A stretch of DNA of 64,000 bases from Candidatus Latescibacterota bacterium (GTDB lineage Bacteria; Latescibacterota; UBA2968; UBA8231), in the NCBI GenBank assembly GCA_965248265.1, contig CBDFJF010000001.1:448001-512000 (forward strand), given 5' to 3'. A program made the position numbers and the translations under genes. This document shows positions 37,216 through 45,720 of the stretch, in pieces (position 1 is the stretch's first letter; each line of letters begins with the position of its first letter). Under the pieces are notes generated by a model. That model was given only the letters and a program-made list of their open reading frames with translations, was not told where the DNA came from and made no database searches.

Positions 37216-38087
37216 CGGCCTATCGGTTGATCCCCGACTATCCGTTTCCACTCGTCAGCGCTGTCAGCCATCGACGAGGGATTCGACGCGCTGCGGGCGA
37301 CGAATCCGGGAACACTGTCGCGACCCGTGGGCATGGCCGGATCGCAGTAGCGCAGGTCGAGGCTCCAGCGGATGCCCTGGGTGTTATTGGGTAGTGCGCG
37401 GTGGATGGTTCGCTTCTGTAACAGGACCACACCACCAACGTCGATTTCGCACAGGACCTGCTCACCCGGAGGCAGTTGGTGGTCATGCAGTCCCTTGAAA
37501 TTGCCGGCAGGTCCCAGGCCCTCTTCATGCTCGATGAGGTCCACCAGATGGGAGCCGGCGATGACCTCGAGGGTGCCATTTTCGAGGGTGGCGTCGACCA
37601 TCGGCACCCAGAAATTCACCATGAAGGTTTCTTCGGCTCCCGGTTGCAGGTAACCCTCATCCTGATGCCAGGGGACGACAAACTTGTCCACGGAGGGCAG
37701 TTTGGCTCTGAGGTTGAACTGGGGATGGGCAAGGATCTCCGGTCCGATCATGGATTCGACGATGTCGAGCAACCCAGGCGCGGTGACAATCTGGAACATG
37801 CCCGGGGTCCGAAGTTTGCCGTTGAAGATGCCGTAGTGCTTCTCCGGGTACCCGAGGGCGCGATCGATCAGGGCCAGACGCTGTTCGAAAGGAGCCTCGG
37901 CGAAGGTCTCGGTCAGTTTCCCTTCCGCGAGCGCTGTCTGCGCGAGGCCGTCGATCAGGCCGTCAATTTCATGGATAAGCAGGTCGAAGGTCGAGGGTGG
38001 GATGGCATCTTCGACCAACAGGTATCCCTGGTTTTGGAAGAAATCGACCTGGTCCGCGTCCAATCCGCAGATGAAGTGCTCAGTCAC
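37212..38087 (-). CDS. PhyH family dioxygenase
   Basis: QVDFFQNQGYL, PWHQD, TIHRA, RWSLDLRY; GTG start overlaps the upstream TGA. Confidence 0.9.
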   Translation of the reverse strand: MTEHFICGLDADQVDFFQNQGYLLVEDAIPPSTFDLLIHEIDGLIDGLAQTALAEGKLTETFAEAPFEQRLALIDRALGYPEKHYGIFNGKLRTPGMFQIVTAPGLLDIVESMIGPEILAHPQFNLRAKLPSVDKFVVPWHQDEGYLQPGAEETFMVNFWVPMVDATLENGTLEVIAGSHLVDLIEHEEGLGPAGNFKGLHDHQLPPGEQVLCEIDVGGVVLLQKRTIHRALPNNTQGIRWSLDLRYCDPAMPTGRDSVPGFVARSASNPSSMADSADEWKRIVGDQPIGR

Positions 38088-39040
38088 GGGGACCCTTCGA
38101 TGCGATCGACGAGATCGACGGTGTTGACGACGTCCCGCAGGTCGGTGAGCGGGACATTGCCTTCGCGCACGCACTCGACGAAGTGCCGATGGGCCGTCAG
38201 GGTGCCCTCGTACTCATGTACATCAGCCTCGTCCACACCGTCCACTTCCCAGCCGTTGACGATGGTGACTTCGTTGTCTTCATGTACCTCCAGCCGTCCC
38301 GGGATCCTGGCATAGCAGCCGATCCCGACACCGTGCAACTCGAAACCCAGCACACGGCCGCCGGAAGCGCGATTACCGAAGAGGACGCCGGTCGCGCCAT
38401 TGTCGAAGCGCGTCAGTGCGGTGTAGCAATTGCGACTGTCGCCCCCGAAGCGATCGCGGTAGGCGGTGACCTCGTTGGCCTCACCGCCAGCCACGTAGCG
38501 TAGCAGATCGACGACGTGGGTCACATCATTCCACAAAGTGGTGGAAAACTCCTTGCCGTCCCCGCCCAGTATCTGCTTGTTGAACGTGGCCGTGGCCAGC
38601 GACACCGGGCCTTTGGCTGCGACTCGCCGCATGGCTTCGCGTGTGACGGCGGCAAAGCGGCGCTGATACCCCACCATCGCGTAGACGTCATTGGCGACGG
38701 CGGCATCGCGCAGCTGTCGCGTCTCGTCACTGTTGGCGCCCGGGGGCTTCTCGATGAAGATGTGCTTGCCGGCGTTGAGGCAGTCCAGGGCTGGTTGCAG
38801 CAACCACTTTTCGTTCATGATGCAGTAGACGATGTCGGGATCGACTTCCTCCAGCATCTTGCGGTGGTCGTCGTACACATGTTCGAAAACGTACTCCTGA
38901 GCAACTTGCCTCAGGCGTTCCTCGTCTATCTCACACACGCCGACCATGGCGACGTTGTCGAGCCGGGCGACGTTCGGGTAGTGGGCTGAGCGGGCGCGAC
39001 CGCCGGCGCCGATGAAACAAGCTCTAAGCATGTCACCCAC
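38084..39040 (-). CDS. Gfo/Idh/MocA family oxidoreductase
   Basis: FIGAGG, IFIEKP, VGYQRRF, HVVDLL. Confidence 0.9.
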   Translation of the reverse strand: MGDMLRACFIGAGGRARSAHYPNVARLDNVAMVGVCEIDEERLRQVAQEYVFEHVYDDHRKMLEEVDPDIVYCIMNEKWLLQPALDCLNAGKHIFIEKPPGANSDETRQLRDAAVANDVYAMVGYQRRFAAVTREAMRRVAAKGPVSLATATFNKQILGGDGKEFSTTLWNDVTHVVDLLRYVAGGEANEVTAYRDRFGGDSRNCYTALTRFDNGATGVLFGNRASGGRVLGFELHGVGIGCYARIPGRLEVHEDNEVTIVNGWEVDGVDEADVHEYEGTLTAHRHFVECVREGNVPLTDLRDVVNTVDLVDRIEGSP

Positions 39041-39458
39041 GGTTGGGCGCGTCGTCGACGGCGGGTTTGACGATGGCGCCCACGAGCAGGCCAGCGACAG
39101 CTCCCTCGACAGTGGTGCCGATGAACCAGGTCAGGGCGACATCGTGCGGGAGTGGCTGTACCGCGTAGGTTCCGTATCCCATGGAAAACCCGGTGCCCAG
39201 TCCGAACAGGATGCCGAACATCACCCCCGCGTTGATGCTCTTATCGGTGAAAAAGCGAGAGTAGATGTAGACGAAGACGAAGGTGGTAAACGCCACGACC
39301 GCGTATATCAGCTCCATTTTCATCTCTTCCATAGGTCGCCACATGTTGGCGGTAGCGGCATAGTCGTCGCCCAGAATGAGCTGATGGATGACGAAGTCCA
39401 TCACCGACCAGGCGACGAAGATGGCAACCATTGCCAGGAGCGAACGTTGGGAAATCAT
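39033..39458 (-). CDS. Four-TM membrane protein (DUF1761-like)
   Basis: Four hydrophobic segments; coupled to the downstream gene. Confidence 0.65.
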   Translation of the reverse strand: MISQRSLLAMVAIFVAWSVMDFVIHQLILGDDYAATANMWRPMEEMKMELIYAVVAFTTFVFVYIYSRFFTDKSINAGVMFGILFGLGTGFSMGYGTYAVQPLPHDVALTWFIGTTVEGAVAGLLVGAIVKPAVDDAPNRG

Positions 39459-39511
39459 GCCTTCTCCCTCCTCAAAGGGTGGAATCGATATATGCCAACG
39501 GTGGACTGGCG

Positions 39512-40543
39512 TCAGCTACTCTTCAGACTCTTCGCCTTCGGATGCTCCAGCACCTGCGGATTGAGCAGATTCGCTGGAACCTTGCCTCGCAGCGGATCGA
39601 TCACTTGACCAACGGTCGTCTCGTCCAAACGATTGGCCGAGGCCGTGGTCAACCCGGCATTGTGGTTCGTACAAATCACACGCGGATGGTCTTTGTGGAC
39701 TTCCCGCGTCCCATTTACGGGATCATCGACGACATAGTAGTAGAGGCAGCCTTGGGCCAGGGCCCGTTGCACGGCGTCATCGTTAACGGCCACACCGCGG
39801 GCAGCGTTGACGAGCGAAGCGTGCGGCTGCATGGCCTGCAAATGCTCATCATGAACGACGGTTTCGCCCCCCGCCAGATGCAACGTGATGCAATCGCTGC
39901 GTGCGAACAGATCGATTGGATTGCCGACGGCTTCAGCTCCGAAGCGGTCTGCCAGGTCCTCGATGTCGTCCCGGACGTCATGGATAAGCAGGCGACCCTC
40001 GGTTCCAAGCAACGGCAAGGCCAGCCTGGCTACGGCCTGTCCGATGCGTCCGAAGCCGAAGATGCCCAGGGTAGAGCCCCTGATCTCCCGAGTTCCCATC
40101 AAGGCGAACTCTCCGGCGTGAGCATTGCGATTCAGGGTGTAGACGCGTTTTGATGTGGCCAGCCATTGGGCCACGGCGTACTCGGCTACCGTGTCGATGT
40201 GCTCGGCCGCCGTGGTCACGAGTACTCCTGATTTCGTGGCCTTGTCGAGATTGACGGACTCGAAGCCGACACCGTAACGGGCGATGATTCGCAGGTCAGT
40301 GGCGGTGTCGTAGAATTCGGGATGGATCAGCAGGGAGCTGGCGATCACGCCGATGACGTCGTGGCCCTGGTCGGCAGTCAGCTCGCCGGTGTAATGATCG
40401 ATGTCGGCGAACTCGGCCAGCCGGCCAATCGCCTGTTGACGCTCAGGGCATTCGAAGTCCTGGAGGGACCAGATGGGGGAGAGTAGTATTCTAGCCACTA
40501 GCGGCTGCCGATCTGAAGGTTCAAGTCGAACTGTCTCGTCCAT
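39512..40543 (-). CDS. D-2-hydroxyacid dehydrogenase-like protein (divergent; paralog of 52466..53461)
   Basis: RYGVGF, VAEY, GIFGFGRIG, NAARG, TNHNAG. Confidence 0.8.
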   Translation of the reverse strand: MDETVRLEPSDRQPLVARILLSPIWSLQDFECPERQQAIGRLAEFADIDHYTGELTADQGHDVIGVIASSLLIHPEFYDTATDLRIIARYGVGFESVNLDKATKSGVLVTTAAEHIDTVAEYAVAQWLATSKRVYTLNRNAHAGEFALMGTREIRGSTLGIFGFGRIGQAVARLALPLLGTEGRLLIHDVRDDIEDLADRFGAEAVGNPIDLFARSDCITLHLAGGETVVHDEHLQAMQPHASLVNAARGVAVNDDAVQRALAQGCLYYYVVDDPVNGTREVHKDHPRVICTNHNAGLTTASANRLDETTVGQVIDPLRGKVPANLLNPQVLEHPKAKSLKSS

Positions 40544-40619
40544 ATAAGTGCGACAAAATAGCCTGAGACATAATAGCCTGAAACTATGCAAAACCAAAGC
40601 CGTGTGCGCCGAGTCTCCA

Positions 40620-41066
40620 TCACGGTCGCTGCAGGTAGGCTGTCAGACTCAACTTGCGCGGCTCGTGATGGAGCAGATGAAAACAGACCCCGAGCAGGCA
40701 CAGATTCTTGACGAAATTACTGCGCTGAAGGATGTCCCACATCCACAGGCAACCTTCCGGCAAGGTGGGAGGGTAAGAGAGCAAGGCAGGAGCATGTACA
40801 AGAGCGGTAACGCCGACGACGAAAGCGCCAAGGGCAATCGCCGACCACTTGAGATGCCATCCCAGCAGAATGAAACTGCCCCAGAAGACCAGCCATAGAC
40901 CGCACGCAGCCGAGACGAAGCGCGGCCACGGGACCCATGCCGGCATCAACAATCTGATCAGATCGTCCTTGAACAGGTGCTCCGCTCCGAGGCCGATGAA
41001 GATGACACAGAACAGGATGCGAAACAGGAATTCGGTCAGGTCTTCCCTGGAGATCACTACGGGCAT
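40620..41066 (-). CDS. DoxX family membrane protein
   Basis: FRILFCVIFIGLGAEH, NFVKNLCLLG. Confidence 0.75.
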   Translation of the reverse strand: MPVVISREDLTEFLFRILFCVIFIGLGAEHLFKDDLIRLLMPAWVPWPRFVSAACGLWLVFWGSFILLGWHLKWSAIALGAFVVGVTALVHAPALLSYPPTLPEGCLWMWDILQRSNFVKNLCLLGVCFHLLHHEPRKLSLTAYLQRP

Positions 41067-41067
41067 G

Positions 41068-41931
41068 TTATCGTTTCCCCCATTCGGAAACTCCTGGCAG
41101 GCTGTGGTACAGAATCCAGTGGTAGAGTCGACGCGGCAGCACTCGCCGCAGCATGTCGAACACATAGGCATCCGGCGTGGCGCGCACACGCAAGGGCGGG
41201 TGTCGGCTCGTGACTGTCTTGAGAATCTTCCTGGCCACCTTTTCCGGGGTTGCGATGGTCAGATCCATCATGCGCTCGATGAACGGTGTCATGTGGTGGT
41301 AGTGCATGTAGTAGGGATCTTCGGTATCGCGTTCGGCATGGGACCCAAGGCTGGTGTAATGGACCTTCTGGAACGACGAGGAATGGACGAAACCGGGCTC
41401 GATCAGGCTGACCTTGATGTTCCAGGGTTTGACCTCGTAGTAGAGTGATTCGGTGGCGCCTTCCAGAGCGAATTTGGAGGCGCTGTAGACGGCCATCGTC
41501 GGCATCGCCATCATGCCGCCGACCGATGAGACATTGATGATTCTGCCACTGCGCCGTTGCCGCATGTAGGGCAGGACCAGCCGCGCCAGCTCCATCGGCG
41601 CCCTGAAGTTCACGCTCATCTGCTCTATCCGTTCTTCTTCGGTCACGTGTTCGACGACGGAGCGGTAGGCGACTCCGGCGTTGTTGATGAGCACGTCGAC
41701 GCCCCCGTGCGACCGCGTGATCTGTTCGACCACAGCCTGACGCTGATCGCCGTCGGTCACGTCGAGGGCTATCGGCAGGATGCGCTCGCCGCTCATGCCC
41801 TCAACCTCAAGGCGTGGCAACGAGCTCTCGCGAGCCGCCAACACGAGGACGCTGGCCGTGCGTTCCAGCAGGAGCTTGGATAGGGCGAGCCCCAATCCAG
41901 TAGTGGCGCCGGTTACGAGGATCGTCGACAT
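41068..41931 (-). CDS. Short-chain dehydrogenase/reductase
   Basis: TGATTGLG, NNAG, YSASK, EPG. Confidence 0.93.
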   Translation of the reverse strand: MSTILVTGATTGLGLALSKLLLERTASVLVLAARESSLPRLEVEGMSGERILPIALDVTDGDQRQAVVEQITRSHGGVDVLINNAGVAYRSVVEHVTEEERIEQMSVNFRAPMELARLVLPYMRQRRSGRIINVSSVGGMMAMPTMAVYSASKFALEGATESLYYEVKPWNIKVSLIEPGFVHSSSFQKVHYTSLGSHAERDTEDPYYMHYHHMTPFIERMMDLTIATPEKVARKILKTVTSRHPPLRVRATPDAYVFDMLRRVLPRRLYHWILYHSLPGVSEWGKR

Positions 41932-41957
41932 GAAGACTCAATCGACGGCGTGAGGAA

Positions 41958-42932
41958 TCAGAGGAGAGACTCCGGTCGCTGTCCGCTGAGGAATCTGGCC
42001 ACGTTGTCGGCGGCGAATTCGGCGCGTCCGCGTGAGACCTCCTCCGTGCCGCCGCCGTTGTGAGGGGTGGTCACGACCGTTGGCAGCTGGTAGACGGGCA
42101 AGGTCGGGTCCGGCGGCTCAGAGGCGAACACGTCCAGACCGGCGCCGCCAATTTTTCCCTGTAGAAGGGCATCATAGAGGGCGTTCTCATCGATCAGGGC
42201 TCCCCGGCAGACGTTGATGACACAGGCCGTGGGTTTCAGCATGCCGATCCGGCGGGCGTCAATGATATGATGGGTCTGCTCGTTCAGGTGCAGGTGCACG
42301 GAGAGGAAGTCGCTCTCGGCGACGACGCGGTCGAGCTGTTCCGGAGTGCCCATGAACTCAGGTTGGATCTCATCAATGATCGCCGCATCGATGTGGCGTA
42401 CGTCGATCCCCATGATGCGCATGCCGAAGGATTTGGCCCGCTTGGCCAGTTCAGCGCCGCTGGCGCCAAAGCCGACGATGCCCAGCGTGCGGCCGCCGAG
42501 CTCGTAGGGACACGGCTTGTAGTAGGTGCCGTTCCTGAAATTGTCCGCCGCCTGCCGGTAGCGGCCGGCGAGCATGAGGATGAACATCATCGCGCTCTGC
42601 GAAAGGGCGAATTTGTTGATCTCACTGGGACAGTTGGAAAGGGCGATGCCGTGTGACTTGAACAGGTCCACATCGATGTGGTCGATGCCATTGGTCTGTG
42701 TCTGCACGTATCTGACTCCGGCTGCCGCCGCCGCGCTGACGTGTTCGGGAGGCATGGTCAGGCCCATCTCGACCACGGCTTCGTACCCTTCAAACTGCGG
42801 TTGGGCAGGCTGATCGTGATTGAATAGTGTCATCTCAAAGCGCGACTCCAGCACTTCAACGAGGTCCCGCATCCAGGTGGTCTCGAGGAAGTCGTCGGGC
42901 CCGCAGTAGACGAGGACCTTGCTCTCAGCCAT
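41958..42932 (-). CDS. D-2-hydroxyacid dehydrogenase
   Basis: GIVGFGASG, INVCRG, GAGLDVFASEP, TPHNGG. Confidence 0.9.
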   Translation of the reverse strand: MAESKVLVYCGPDDFLETTWMRDLVEVLESRFEMTLFNHDQPAQPQFEGYEAVVEMGLTMPPEHVSAAAAAGVRYVQTQTNGIDHIDVDLFKSHGIALSNCPSEINKFALSQSAMMFILMLAGRYRQAADNFRNGTYYKPCPYELGGRTLGIVGFGASGAELAKRAKSFGMRIMGIDVRHIDAAIIDEIQPEFMGTPEQLDRVVAESDFLSVHLHLNEQTHHIIDARRIGMLKPTACVINVCRGALIDENALYDALLQGKIGGAGLDVFASEPPDPTLPVYQLPTVVTTPHNGGGTEEVSRGRAEFAADNVARFLSGQRPESLL

Positions 42933-43866
42933 CAGTCACTTCTCCCTTTTCTTGCGTCGGCGGCCGGTCCGCCCACTCGCCGAGCCCGAAATGGCGCTCG
43001 TCCGCGGCCTCGGCCAGGGTCCGGTAGCGCGGGCCCCGGCCCCAGTGAGCTTCGCCTTCGAGCAGGGTCCTCAGCTGCTCGGGAATCTGGCTCCTGAATT
43101 CGCTGCTGAGTGAGCCGTAGTCCCAGTAGGGAAACATGGAAGCGCCGTACCCGGTGATGATGATGACGCGCTCGTTGTCCGACACAATGCGGCCGGTTGC
43201 ATGGATGAGGGTCTCGCTGAATAACAGAGTAGACCCGGCAGGAGCGACGACCTGGTGTATGAGCGTTGGATCGTCATAGGCCAGCTCGATCAACGTCTCA
43301 GACGGCACGTCAACCTTGTGGCTGCCGGCAATGACCACGGTGCCGCCATCGTCCGGACCCAGGTCGGTCAAATTGGTTAGGGTTTTGACGAAATTGCAGT
43401 GGAATAGGCCGGCGTTGGTGTGGGTGCCAAAGGGAATATCGGTGCCGCGATGAAAGCCGTAGCGCCCGTCCGCGCCGTAATCGGGATCGCGGCTGTTGAT
43501 GTGGGCGTTCATCTCGACGATCCGTGCCTCGCCACCCAAAAGCTCCTCGGCCATGGATACCAGCCGCGCGTGGGTCGCGTACGCGGTGATGGTGGGATCG
43601 GCCTCGACGATGTTGGCGATGAATTGATGGTTGGATTTGTTCGTCTCCACGAACGCGCTGCGCACTCGGGGGCCCTCACCTGAGGCGTCTTTCAACTGTA
43701 TGAGTTCGCTTCGCAGCTGGTAGAGGGCTCGGCGCAGGGCTTCGACTTCCTCTGCTGTGAGCGTGTTCTTGACGACGACGTAACCGTAGACGTCGAGGTG
43801 GTAGCGCTGTGCTGCTGTCAGCGCCGGAAAAGGGCGGTCGAATGTGGCTTTTCTGCGCTGGGGCAC
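42925..43866 (-). CDS. PhyH family dioxygenase (HRG instead of HxD)
   Basis: QRYHLDVYGYVVV, GFHRG, GGTVVIAGSH, LIHAT, ER. Confidence 0.82.
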   Translation of the reverse strand: MPQRRKATFDRPFPALTAAQRYHLDVYGYVVVKNTLTAEEVEALRRALYQLRSELIQLKDASGEGPRVRSAFVETNKSNHQFIANIVEADPTITAYATHARLVSMAEELLGGEARIVEMNAHINSRDPDYGADGRYGFHRGTDIPFGTHTNAGLFHCNFVKTLTNLTDLGPDDGGTVVIAGSHKVDVPSETLIELAYDDPTLIHQVVAPAGSTLLFSETLIHATGRIVSDNERVIIITGYGASMFPYWDYGSLSSEFRSQIPEQLRTLLEGEAHWGRGPRYRTLAEAADERHFGLGEWADRPPTQEKGEVTDG

Positions 43867-43878
43867 GGGTAGTCTCCC

Positions 43879-45675
43879 TTACGGCAGTATGGCGATTGCC
43901 CGGCCGGGGCCGCCATGATTGCCGGCGATCTTCGGGTTCAGGAAGATGTAGAAGGAACCAGTGGCGGGCAGTTGCCCGACCCCGGTCAGGAATTCAGTGA
44001 AGATCATGCCCTCGTTGACGGCCATCCAGTGCGTCATCGCCGATTCCCTGGCGTCGACGGAGCCCATGTCCGGGGTGTCGATGGCTACGTGGACGATGCC
44101 CTTATCTGCGAGATAAGCGATGGCCTGGGGCGACGGTGCAGGCCAACCCTCGGATATGCCATCGAGAGGTGCCTTCACGCACATCTCGGCCTGGCCACGG
44201 GTGAAGGAGGCAAAGTGGGTCGAGGTGTGGCCGGTTTCAAAGATGGCGACTTGGCCGGCTGCTAGCCCACCGTGCAGGATCTCGTGGGCTTTGATGTCGT
44301 CGACGGTGATCACCGGAGACGCTGGCCAGTCAGCGGGGTCCGTTGTTCCTACCAGATGGCGGACATCGATGACGCGCGCCGGCCCGACGAAGTAGTGGAT
44401 GGGCACTCGGTCCGAAGTCATGTCCGTCGTTGACAGCTTGCCGTGGGCCGCTTCAAACTCCTGCAGCCAACCTCTTGTGACATCGTCATAGCGGGAAAAG
44501 TCGAAGCCGGGCGGCGGACCATAGTGGGCCGGTGGGTCGACGTGAGTGCCGGTGCGAGAGTCGAGAAAATGGGCGTTGACCCAGTAGGGGCCGAACGGTC
44601 CGGAGAAATCGTTGACTGGATCGACTGCGTGATAGGGAAAGGCGTAGTTGCCCAGACCGCGGCCCGGCCACCACACGGGATGCTGCATCGACAGAATCAC
44701 GGAAAGATCGACGACGCGTTTGGCGCGGACGGCAGCCGTCAGGTGTGCGGCAAGATCGAGATCCGTGATGGCTGCTGCCCGGGTTTCAACCGTTGGTGAA
44801 TTGCGGTGGTTGACTGGCAGACTGATGTAGAGGGAACCGTCCGGTACCTGATCCAGGTTGATGAGGCCTTCCGTGTGTGACGCTCCGTGCTTGAAGTGCC
44901 CGAGGTGGCTCTCCAGGGCAAGCGGATTCTGGAACATGCCGGCTGGGCCCGCTTGAGTGTATCCGGGTGATCCCAGGCCACCCATGCTCGGGCTGTCGAT
45001 GCCCATCAGCCATACGCCCTTGCTTCCGACGTAGTCAGCGGCGTCAAAATCCGGGGCCGGCCATCCCGGCAGTCTCCCGGCCAGCGGGTCGACGATGAGC
45101 CTGCGGTCATCCGGTCGGGGCCGGTCGCGGACATCGTCATAGCCGCTCCAATACAGAGCTGCGTCTCCGGCCCGCAGCGGACGTCGATTCGCTTCCGCCT
45201 GCTTTATCATCTGAACTGAAAACAGGGGACTGGTTCCCTCGGGCGCTTTATCCAGAATATTCCGGCCGTCAATCTTGAAGACTTCGCCCACCCAACCCCA
45301 GGCCGGAACCCGGTCGCAGGTCAGCGAGCCGTAGTAGTGGGCGTTGGGCAGGCCGCTCTCCTGCGGCGGCATCATGTGCGGGGGGCAGTCCGTCTGCGTG
45401 CCCGTGTTTTCGTCCAGCATGATCAGATCGGCAGCCAGCGGGCCGGGGCCATGTTGGAGGTAGGAGACCAGCAGAGGTTGATGGTGGAGCTGGCCGCCCG
45501 GCCAGTTCTGGTAGTGATCCGTCGATACGGTTGGAGAAAGATCCACGACATGTTCCGGGGCGACGGTATCGTATCCGTACGCGCACGGTGCCGAGATGAC
45601 GAGGATGGCAGCCGTAAACAGGGGGTAGGCGGCGGGGAGGTGGCTACAATGCTCTCGGCGCATGAGTGTTCTCAT
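43879..45675 (-). CDS. Secreted tandem cyclase / kynurenine formamidase-like metallohydrolase
   Basis: Two repeats, each with VDLS and a GT[QH]xDxPxH motif; signal-like N-terminus. Confidence 0.75.
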   Translation of the reverse strand: MRTLMRREHCSHLPAAYPLFTAAILVISAPCAYGYDTVAPEHVVDLSPTVSTDHYQNWPGGQLHHQPLLVSYLQHGPGPLAADLIMLDENTGTQTDCPPHMMPPQESGLPNAHYYGSLTCDRVPAWGWVGEVFKIDGRNILDKAPEGTSPLFSVQMIKQAEANRRPLRAGDAALYWSGYDDVRDRPRPDDRRLIVDPLAGRLPGWPAPDFDAADYVGSKGVWLMGIDSPSMGGLGSPGYTQAGPAGMFQNPLALESHLGHFKHGASHTEGLINLDQVPDGSLYISLPVNHRNSPTVETRAAAITDLDLAAHLTAAVRAKRVVDLSVILSMQHPVWWPGRGLGNYAFPYHAVDPVNDFSGPFGPYWVNAHFLDSRTGTHVDPPAHYGPPPGFDFSRYDDVTRGWLQEFEAAHGKLSTTDMTSDRVPIHYFVGPARVIDVRHLVGTTDPADWPASPVITVDDIKAHEILHGGLAAGQVAIFETGHTSTHFASFTRGQAEMCVKAPLDGISEGWPAPSPQAIAYLADKGIVHVAIDTPDMGSVDARESAMTHWMAVNEGMIFTEFLTGVGQLPATGSFYIFLNPKIAGNHGGPGRAIAILP

Positions 45676-45720
45676 CCTCTCAAGGTGGTTTGCGAGTCCA
45701 ATGTAGGAGTACCGACGACT

